From positions 21,098 through 85,097 of the forward strand of contig JAGWUS010000005.1 of the NCBI GenBank assembly GCA_028868305.1: a stretch of 64,000 bases of DNA, read 5' to 3'. Below, one piece after another: positions 46,725 through 53,564 of the stretch (the stretch's first letter is position 1; the number at the start of each line of letters is the position of its first letter). This stretch comes from Burkholderiales bacterium (lineage in GTDB: Bacteria; Pseudomonadota; Gammaproteobacteria; Burkholderiales; Burkholderiaceae_C). The notes beneath the pieces are model-generated. The model was not told the origin of the DNA. It saw only the letters and a list, made by a program, of their open reading frames with translations, and did no database searches. Made by a program: the position numbers and the translations under genes.

Positions 46725-47894
46725 TCATACTTTAAAAGAGATACTGACACTGGCGCAGGCCTTGCCAATCCGCCGGGCCAGCAGGCCGCCCGCCACACAC
46801 AGGGTCACCGTCACCAGCCAGGTCCATTGCCAGCCCCCGGTGCCCGCCGCCACCCATGCCACCAACGGGGGCCCGGCGAACTGGCCGAAGGCTGACCACT
46901 GCTGCATATAGCCCACTGTCGTGGACACCGTATCCTCACTCGGCGCCAGCCGCACAGCCGAAGCAAACAGGGTGCCCGGTATCTGGCCACCCACTGCCGA
47001 AAAAAGCACCACCTCCACAAACCGCAGCGGCAGGGGCAAGCCCTGCCCGTGCCATTGCGCAAACGCCCCCACTGCGCCCAGTGCCATGCAGGCAAAGCCG
47101 ATTTGCAGCAGGCGCTCGGCCCGCCATCCGCGCTGCAGCAAGCGCCCCGAGAGAATGTTGCCACTGACATTGGCCAGCGCAACACAGGCCGTCAGCACAC
47201 CGGTCATGCCACTGGCCAGACCCGCCTGCGCATACACCGTTGGTAGAAAACCAATGACGGCAATCCACTGCGAGGAATACACCATGAAGCTCAGCGACAC
47301 CAACCAGGGCCCGGGGCTGCGCAGGGTCAAACCCAAACGCTGCGCCCAGCCCGCACCGGATGCCGCCGGGGCGCCCACTGCCAGAACCACGGCTGCAGCG
47401 GGCCCCAGCACCGGCACACACCACCACACGGCCAGCCAGGCCAGAACTGACGCAGCGCCCAGCAACCACCACCACACCTGCCAGGGAAAGTGCATCAGCA
47501 CCAGGGGCCCCAGCAGCAATGCCATGGCGCTGCCCAGGGGCATGTAGGTTCCCCACCACCCCATGCGCGCGTTCAGTTGTGCCAGCGCCACCGTGCGCCG
47601 GATCATGGCCGGGGCCGGCATCACCACCAGCAGAAAACCCAGCCCCTCCAGGGCGCGCAACACCAGCAAACCACCCACCGTATCGGCAAACCCGCCCAGC
47701 CCGCTGGCCAGCGCCAGCAAGCCCAGCCCGGTCAGCATGGTGCGGCGCAGACCCAGCGCGTCTGCCCCCAGCCCCACTGCCAGGCCCAGCGTCATGCCCG
47801 CCAGTTGCACCATCGACAACAGGAACCCGGCCTGCACCAGCGTCACCCCCAGTTGCTGCTGCAACACAGGCATTGCGGGGGGCAGCTTGCCCAC
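46725..47894 (-). CDS. MFS transporter (5' end unresolved; see findings)
   Basis: Multiple TM helices and MFS motif A (GLGADALGLRRT). The track's start is a GTG that falls after what looks like TM1. Confidence 0.7.
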   Translation of the reverse strand: MGKLPPAMPVLQQQLGVTLVQAGFLLSMVQLAGMTLGLAVGLGADALGLRRTMLTGLGLLALASGLGGFADTVGGLLVLRALEGLGFLLVVMPAPAMIRRTVALAQLNARMGWWGTYMPLGSAMALLLGPLVLMHFPWQVWWWLLGAASVLAWLAVWWCVPVLGPAAAVVLAVGAPAASGAGWAQRLGLTLRSPGPWLVSLSFMVYSSQWIAVIGFLPTVYAQAGLASGMTGVLTACVALANVSGNILSGRLLQRGWRAERLLQIGFACMALGAVGAFAQWHGQGLPLPLRFVEVVLFSAVGGQIPGTLFASAVRLAPSEDTVSTTVGYMQQWSAFGQFAGPPLVAWVAAGTGGWQWTWLVTVTLCVAGGLLARRIGKACASVSISFKV

Positions 47895-48014
47895 ATGCGA
47901 CGCCGCACTGACGCCGGCCAGAACGATTATCCAGGACGGATGGACGCCTCGGGTCCGAGATTTCAGTTTATGAATAAAATCAGCTTCCAGCCCTTATGTA
48001 ACATGCACAAACAG

Positions 48015-48543
48015 CTATTGTTTTGATAGCATTTTCAGGAAAACATCGGTAGGCATCGGCTTGCTGAAGTAATGCCCCTGGACTTCATTGCAGCCCTGCC
48101 CGTGCAGATGATCTAATTATTCGCGCGTCTCGACGCCCTCGGCAATGGTGAGTATGCCCGGCTCTTCGCTATGGAAATAATGGCGCCGACATTGGCTCGG
48201 TCGTACAGGTCTACGGCAATGTCGCGTACAAAGGACTGGTCGATCTTGACCTTGGACACCTTGAATTTCTTGAAGTAATTCAGCGATGAATAACCGGTGC
48301 CAAAGTCGTCAATGGCAGCGTTCGGGTCGACCATGGCGACACCTTCAGTCTGCTCCAGTTCCAGCAGGTGTGCGGGCGGCCGGGCTTCTTCCAGGATGCC
48401 AGCCACCAGCTGTGGCAGGTCTGCTTGGCGAAACTGGGCCGCCGACAGGATACCTGCCTGCAAGGCGCCCTGGAACACGCAGCGCAAGGTGCTGACCTGC
48501 TCGCGTGTGCGCCGGTACGCGGCTTCGTCCGAGGCGGCTTCTA
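48015..48543 (-). pseudogene. degraded EAL-domain (c-di-GMP phosphodiesterase) gene remnant
   Basis: EAL motifs are split over two frames. One frame reads ...LELEQTEG...IDDFGTGYSSLNYFKKFKVSKVKIDQSFVRDI...IISIAK. The other reads EEPGILTIAEGVETRE, then a TAA stop, then LDHLHGQGCNEVQGHYFSKPMP. The domain's N-terminal third is missing and there is an internal gap before IDDFGTG. Confidence 0.65.
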
Positions 48544-48544
48544 C

Positions 48545-48763
48545 TCACTCGTCGCCCGAGGGTCCGGGTTCGCGCACCTGAAGCAGCAGATCTTCGGCCC
48601 GCAATTCGGTATCGGCAAAGATGACCTTGATCTTGCCTACGGTGCCGGTCTGCTGGGCGAGGCGCAAGAATTTGGCCTGCGCCGAGGCCTGTGCAAAGGC
48701 ACCGTGCTCGGCCAGCTTTTCCAGTTGCGCAAAAGGTTTGACCCGGAAAATGTAGTACGGCAC
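48545..48763 (-). CDS. small hypothetical protein (72 aa from the GTG)
   Basis: The ORF reads VPYYIFRVKPFAQLEKLAEHGAFAQASAQAKFLRLAQ... The GTG at 48761-48763 follows GAGGA with a 5-nt spacer, 8 nt after the S24 gene stop. I recognise no family. Confidence 0.35.
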   Translation of the reverse strand: MPYYIFRVKPFAQLEKLAEHGAFAQASAQAKFLRLAQQTGTVGKIKVIFADTELRAEDLLLQVREPGPSGDE

Positions 48764-48771
48764 GTTATTCC

Positions 48772-49089
48772 TCAAAGGTAGCTTTTACTGGCGCGGCGGC
48801 GCCCGGGCAAGGATTTCTGGATGATGACGCCGCGCACGGCCGAGAGATCGGCCAGCGGGATGTCGGAAAAGGCTGGGTTGAGGGCGTGCAGTCGCCAGCC
48901 CGATGCGTTGCGACAGAGCTGGCGAAAGATCCATTCGCCCCGGTGTTGGGCCAGTACATAGGCGCCATCGCGCAGCAGGCCATCGGGCTCGATAACGATG
49001 ATTTCACCTTCGTTGAATTCGGGCTCCATGCTGGTGCCGAGCACCCGCAGCACAAAGGATTCGCTGCCACTGCAGGCGCTCTCTTGCAT
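48772..49089 (-). CDS. stand-alone S24 (LexA/UmuD-type) peptidase domain, no HTH
   Basis: Contains VLGTSMEPEF (the Ser nucleophile motif G-x-S-M) and then GAYVLAQHRGEWIFRQL. The start is the ATG at 49087-49089, 11 nt after the upstream stop. Confidence 0.55.
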   Translation of the reverse strand: MQESACSGSESFVLRVLGTSMEPEFNEGEIIVIEPDGLLRDGAYVLAQHRGEWIFRQLCRNASGWRLHALNPAFSDIPLADLSAVRGVIIQKSLPGRRRASKSYL

Positions 49090-49100
49090 ATCCACCGTGC

Positions 49101-50600
49101 TCACACCAGCACTCCCACCGGCCGCGCCAGCACATTCGTGAAAATCTGAGCGGCGGGGATGCCGACCGCACGCAGCTCGGCATCCAGAGTGCAGACGAAT
49201 TGCTCGGGGCCGGCCAGGTAAAAATCGCACTCAATGTCGAACAGGTCGGTCCGCATGGCGCGCGCCATTTGCAGGGTGCCGAAGGTGATGTCGGTCTCAC
49301 TCAGCAACTCGTACTCGAACGGGTCCAGGGCTTCAGACCAGGCGCGGCACTGGTTGGCCAGGAAGTGGCCGTCGGGCTGGGTCGACAACCAGAACAGCGA
49401 CAGGGAGGGAGCTGACTCCAGCGCCAGGGCGTGTTCGATCAGGCTCTTGATGGGAGCGAAGCCCGCATCGCAGGCGGCAAACACCAGTGGCCGGTGGCCT
49501 TCGGCCAGCACGAACTCACCACAGGGCCCCCACACCGTGACCGCATCGCCGGCCTTGATGTTGCCGGAAAAAAGTTGCTGGGCGAACGGATCCTGTGCGT
49601 TGCGCGGGATGAAGAAGTGCAGGTTGCGGTCGTCGCAGGGGCAACTGGCCACCGGGTAGAGGGCGTGCAGATCGCTGCCGCCGGGCCCGGTCAGGCCCAG
49701 CGTGACGGACTGCCCGGCGAGAAAGCGCAAACGGTGGCTCCGTGGTGTCTGCAGGTGCAGCAATCGCGTGTCGGGTGCCAGGCTGCTTACGCCGCGCACC
49801 TGGGTCACTATCTGCTGCTGCGGGATGTCCTGCGGTCCGCTGGCTTCGAGCAATTCCAGGGTGAGTTCGCTACTGGCCGCCGTATGGGCGCACATGAGGG
49901 TGTAGCCCTGGCTTTTTTCGGCCTCGGACAGGGGGTAGTCGAAGGTCTGGGTCCTGGCGACCTGCCCCGAGATCACGCGCACCTTGCACATGCCACAGGT
50001 GCCGTTGCCGCAACCGTAGTTGAGCTTGAGGCCTGCCCGCAAGCCGGCCTGCAACAAGGTGTCGTGCCCCTCCACCGAGAACTCGTGTCCGCTGGGGCGA
50101 ACCATGACCTGTGCCGTCATGACTTTGAGCATATCGTCCATCACCGTGAGCAAATCGGCCTGTTCGGTGGCCAGCGCCTGGGCCAGCCCCTGATCGACAA
50201 AATCCTGCAACCCAGACAGCACCAGCGGGGTGGCTCCCTGGGCCTGCAGGGCATAGATGCGCTCCTGCAGGGCCACCACCAGGGCGTGGTAGCGCTGCAG
50301 GCAGCGCCGCACATCGGCCAGTTCCTGGGTCTGGTTAAACAGACGCTGCGCCAGCACTTCCTGGCTGGGCAGCAGGCGCTCACGGACGCGCTTGCCAAAG
50401 GCTTCGTCCTTGATACTGGCCACCCGCTCCAGCAGGCCGGATTCCTCGAGCTGGGTCGCCGGGTACAGGCGCAGTAACTCGTCGGTGGAGAGCAGCCCTT
50501 CGGTCAGCACCAGCGCGCCGTCACGCACCTGCTGCTGCAACGCACCGCGAGACACCCCCACCAACTGGGCGGCGCGCCAGACGGTCAGCCAATGCGTCAT
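49101..50600 (-). CDS. HTH (excisionase/MerR-like) + coiled-coil + plant-type [2Fe-2S] ferredoxin + FNR-like oxidoreductase fusion
   Basis: N-terminus WLTVWRAAQLVGVSRGALQQQVRDGAL. The [2Fe-2S] motif is CGNGTCGMCKV...C, and an FNR-like FAD/NAD module follows. The ATG at 50598-50600 overlaps the upstream TGA (ATGA). Confidence 0.7.
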   Translation of the reverse strand: MTHWLTVWRAAQLVGVSRGALQQQVRDGALVLTEGLLSTDELLRLYPATQLEESGLLERVASIKDEAFGKRVRERLLPSQEVLAQRLFNQTQELADVRRCLQRYHALVVALQERIYALQAQGATPLVLSGLQDFVDQGLAQALATEQADLLTVMDDMLKVMTAQVMVRPSGHEFSVEGHDTLLQAGLRAGLKLNYGCGNGTCGMCKVRVISGQVARTQTFDYPLSEAEKSQGYTLMCAHTAASSELTLELLEASGPQDIPQQQIVTQVRGVSSLAPDTRLLHLQTPRSHRLRFLAGQSVTLGLTGPGGSDLHALYPVASCPCDDRNLHFFIPRNAQDPFAQQLFSGNIKAGDAVTVWGPCGEFVLAEGHRPLVFAACDAGFAPIKSLIEHALALESAPSLSLFWLSTQPDGHFLANQCRAWSEALDPFEYELLSETDITFGTLQMARAMRTDLFDIECDFYLAGPEQFVCTLDAELRAVGIPAAQIFTNVLARPVGVLV

Positions 50601-51541
50601 AGCGAATCCTCCGCGCAATGCACTTCGACTTTGGGTGGCGTCACGCGCTCGTCGTGCACGTGGTCGAGATAGCGCGCCCGGTAGAGCAGGCGCGGGCACA
50701 CTGGGTCGTCAGTGAAACCGGTGCGGTCGTGCGGCACATTGTTGGCCACGATGCCCATGCCGGGCTGCATGAGCAGGCGGAACACCCAGGGCGGGTTGGA
50801 GGCCAGCAATTGCTCGATGAAAGCCACCGCCGCACGCGTGGGCGTGTCGTTCCTCCACTCAATGCTGCGGATGCGCGCGGTGTAGCGCATCTGCAGCCCG
50901 CCGTCAGCGCGCAGGTAGAACACCGGACCACTTTGCGCGGGGCGCGCCACGCCACATTCATCGGTGCGCTCGGGGATGGTCATGGCATCAGGCGCCATAA
51001 GTGCGCGCACCCAATCGGGGTTGGCGTCGCGCAAGGCCATGTAGATCATCTCGTGGTCGGCCAGGCCACTCACGCCGCCCTCGCCCGCGCTGCGCACGCA
51101 GTGCAGGATCATGCCCTCGATGCGCCGCGCCTGCGGGTGGTAGTAGCCATCGGTGTGCCATTTGATGGGTTTGTTGGTGTAGGGGATGAAGTCGGCGCGT
51201 GGTCCGCCCTCATCATCCCCGGAAACAGCAATGGACGAAACACCGTCCTCGTCGGCCAGCCAGTTGGTGTCGAGTCGGCGCAGGCCGAGTTGGGCACCAA
51301 GGAGGCGCGGCAGTTCCTTGTCTTCAGCCGTCACCGGGCTGCGATAAAGCGACATGTTGGTTCGCGCGCACATCGCAAGGATGGCCGCTCGCTCTGTCGC
51401 GGTGAGCGCGCGCGGATCGGCAACATCCACGATCAGTTCCTCCACCCGCGCCGGATGCGCAGCCCGCTTGGCGACGCGCCAAGCGGCGTAGAGATCAGGC
51501 CGATTGAGGTCAAAGGAACTGTCACTGGCACGCATATTCAT
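50597..51541 (-). CDS. TauD/TfdA-fold (Fe(II)/2-oxoglutarate dioxygenase-like) protein
   Basis: An HxD motif in KWHTDGYYH, GEGGVSGLADHEMIY, and a distal His in VANNVPHDRTGF. The start is the ATG at 51539-51541, after GGAGG with a 7-nt spacer. Confidence 0.65.
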   Translation of the reverse strand: MNMRASDSSFDLNRPDLYAAWRVAKRAAHPARVEELIVDVADPRALTATERAAILAMCARTNMSLYRSPVTAEDKELPRLLGAQLGLRRLDTNWLADEDGVSSIAVSGDDEGGPRADFIPYTNKPIKWHTDGYYHPQARRIEGMILHCVRSAGEGGVSGLADHEMIYMALRDANPDWVRALMAPDAMTIPERTDECGVARPAQSGPVFYLRADGGLQMRYTARIRSIEWRNDTPTRAAVAFIEQLLASNPPWVFRLLMQPGMGIVANNVPHDRTGFTDDPVCPRLLYRARYLDHVHDERVTPPKVEVHCAEDSL

Positions 51542-51594
51542 TTCGTCGCCTCCAAACACATTGGCGCTGCGAAGCCGACACAGGAGGGGCATCT

Positions 51595-52203
51595 CTACTC
51601 TCCACTCATGCTGCTGCGTCGGACCGGGCGTGGCTCAATGGAAAACACCCCCTCCATGCCGCGCTGCACCATCTGCAGCGCCTCGGGCGCCTCGATCGCC
51701 ATGATCTGGTCGATCACCCAACGCTGGTCCTTGGCCGGCATCAGGGTCTCGATGCGGTGCCCCAAGTAGCGCACGAAGCCAAAGTCCGGACCTTCCGGGC
51801 CATGGGAAAAATCAGCGTAGGCATCGGCCTGCTCGTTGCACAGGTCGATGAACTGGTCACGCCGGCTTTCCTCGCCCGGCGCTGGTGGAGGCAACCATTC
51901 GACTTCGCTTTCCTCCAGGATTTCGGCGACGCGCCGCACCAGAGCAGTGGTGAACTCAATCCGCAGTTCGGAGGACATGCGTTCGTAGGCCATGCGGTCC
52001 TCCACCTGAACCAGGAACACAAGCACCTCGCGCATGAAGGCGAAGTACTGCGGCCCGACATCGATGTCGAACTTGGCCTCGCGCATCTGCTTGAGCATGT
52101 TCTGCGTCACGCGCCAGGTGATGAAGGCCATGGCGCTGGCGGTTTGCTGCGCGGTCTTGGGCGCCTCGGTCTGGAACCACTGGCTCTTGATGCGTATGGC
52201 CAT
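51595..52203 (-). CDS. hypothetical protein, predicted helical, no family recognised
   Basis: 202-aa ORF with normal-looking composition, co-oriented with and 53 nt upstream of the TauD-like gene. Confidence 0.5.
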   Translation of the reverse strand: MAIRIKSQWFQTEAPKTAQQTASAMAFITWRVTQNMLKQMREAKFDIDVGPQYFAFMREVLVFLVQVEDRMAYERMSSELRIEFTTALVRRVAEILEESEVEWLPPPAPGEESRRDQFIDLCNEQADAYADFSHGPEGPDFGFVRYLGHRIETLMPAKDQRWVIDQIMAIEAPEALQMVQRGMEGVFSIEPRPVRRSSMSGE

Positions 52204-52281
52204 GGCAGTTTCTCAGTTCTCTTGCGTCAGGCTACCGCAGGCTACAGAGCCGCAGATGATGCGGTCCAAGCCAGGAACGCC

Positions 52282-52305
52282 GTGGAACCGGCTTCGCCGG
52301 GCCAC
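52282..52305 (-). other. GC-rich bipartite hairpin in the 155-nt spacer between the DsrC paralogue and the 202-aa gene
   Basis: In GTGGAACCGGCTTCGCCGGGCCAC, CCGGC pairs with GCCGG (loop TTC) and GTGG pairs with CCAC. There is no U-tract. Confidence 0.3.
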
Positions 52306-52358
52306 TGGCGTTGCCTCCTTGAGGGGGAGACGGCGACAGCCGGCACAGGGGTGCTTCA

Positions 52359-52688
52359 TCAATACCCGCCTTTGCCCAGCGGCTGCGGTAGCCCTGCCAC
52401 CTTGGCCGCCTGCTTGGCCGGCCCCAGCGGGAACAGGTCGTACAGGTACTTGCTTTCCACGTCAGGTCTTATTTCCGCGAAACCCTTGAGCATGTTGCGA
52501 AAGTTGGGGGTATGGCCGTGCTCGCGGTACTGATCGCGCATGTAGTTGATGACTTCCCAGTGTGCATCCGTCAGCGTGATGCCTTCGGCTTCGGCAATCA
52601 CTTGCACAGCCTCTTCGCTCAGCTCGGGTTCCAGTAAATAGCCCTCGGCATCGGTGTGTAGTTCAACGCCATTGATGTTGTAGCCCAT
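52359..52688 (-). CDS. DsrC/TusE-family protein lacking both conserved C-terminal cysteines (regulatory-type paralogue)
   Basis: 109 aa, alignable over its whole length with the true DsrC at 57394 (TDAEGYL, LTDAHWEVINYMR, SKYLYDLFP.GPAKQA). It ends ...AAKVAGLPQPLGKGGY, where DsrC ends ...ACKIAGLPKPTGCV. The start is the ATG at 52686-52688, after GGAGA. Confidence 0.8.
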   Translation of the reverse strand: MGYNINGVELHTDAEGYLLEPELSEEAVQVIAEAEGITLTDAHWEVINYMRDQYREHGHTPNFRNMLKGFAEIRPDVESKYLYDLFPLGPAKQAAKVAGLPQPLGKGGY

Positions 52689-52722
52689 TGTCCGGTCTCC
52701 ATGTTTTGAGTGATGAAAAAAC

Positions 52723-53313
52723 TCAGCTGCCCACGGCAGCGGCCGATTTGTGCGGCACAAAGATGCCGCAGCCCAGCAGCCGGTGGGGCCCCAGCCCTTG
52801 CTCCTGCAGGCGCCGCGAATCCGCCAGGGACAGTGCATGCAGCATCAGGCTGAAGGTGGTCAGCACCTGCCCTGGTAGCTTTTGGCTGCCGCGCTTGCCG
52901 CACACCGTCTGCGCACGCACCGCCAGAGCCTGCAACTCGCCGGCCACGGCCTCCATGAATATCCCTTCGTCGACACCGGCCGCGGCCACGCCTGGGGCAT
53001 ACAGTGTGGTGTGCGGCAGCAGTTCGCGCAGATGGGGAGCTCCCAGTTGCAGGGTACTGCCGTCCACTTCGATCGTCCGCCCGGCCAGGGTCTGCGCCAG
53101 GGCCACCCGCGCGCGCGGCAGGCGCAGCAGCAAGCGGGTGCGCTGCGACAGCAGTGCCTGACTTTCGCCGCCGGACACCAGCTTCAACGGATGTATACCG
53201 GCTAGTGGCTCCTCCGGCAGCCAGGGCAGGGCCTGCTGCAAGGCCTGTTGCAGGGCCTGGGCATGGTCACGCGGCAGGCTGTGCCCGGCCAGTGGAAAGA
53301 CCATATCAACCAT
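52723..53313 (-). CDS. orphan Cas6-like (RAMP) protein, possibly Cas6/Cmx6 family
   Basis: The C-terminal GLGPHRLLGCG fits the Cas6 glycine-rich loop G-h-G-x5-G-h-G exactly. The N-terminus (VDMVFPLAGHSLPRDHAQAL...LPWL...GIHPL) matches my recollection of Cmx6-type proteins. No CRISPR array or other cas gene is in the window. The start is taken at the ATG at 53313. Confidence 0.45.
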   Translation of the reverse strand: MVDMVFPLAGHSLPRDHAQALQQALQQALPWLPEEPLAGIHPLKLVSGGESQALLSQRTRLLLRLPRARVALAQTLAGRTIEVDGSTLQLGAPHLRELLPHTTLYAPGVAAAGVDEGIFMEAVAGELQALAVRAQTVCGKRGSQKLPGQVLTTFSLMLHALSLADSRRLQEQGLGPHRLLGCGIFVPHKSAAAVGS

Positions 53314-53339
53314 GGTGGCTTCATCCGGATCATCCTGGC

Positions 53340-53564
53340 TCACGGGCGCTCCTGATCCTGTTGCGATTGGGCCCAGCGCAGTAGCGCCTGTCCCCACAGT
53401 TCTGCCGTCTGGGGATCGATATCGAAAATGGTGAAACGGCTCTTTTCGCGGATACGGGTGCGCAGGAAACTCATCCCGCCGGTGTCGAAATCGACCTGCT
53501 GCAATTCGATCTCTTGCCCGCCAAGCGGCACCCTGAAGTTGTCGAGCGAGGTGATCTGGGTCAT
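53340..53564 (-). CDS. small hypothetical protein (74 aa), first gene of the block divergent from dsrA
   Basis: The ORF reads MTQITSLDNFRVPLGGQEIELQQVDFDTGGMSFLRTRIREKSRFTIFDIDPQTAELWGQALL... I preferred the ATG at 53564 over the track's TTG at 53594. Confidence 0.4.
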   Translation of the reverse strand: MTQITSLDNFRVPLGGQEIELQQVDFDTGGMSFLRTRIREKSRFTIFDIDPQTAELWGQALLRWAQSQQDQERP

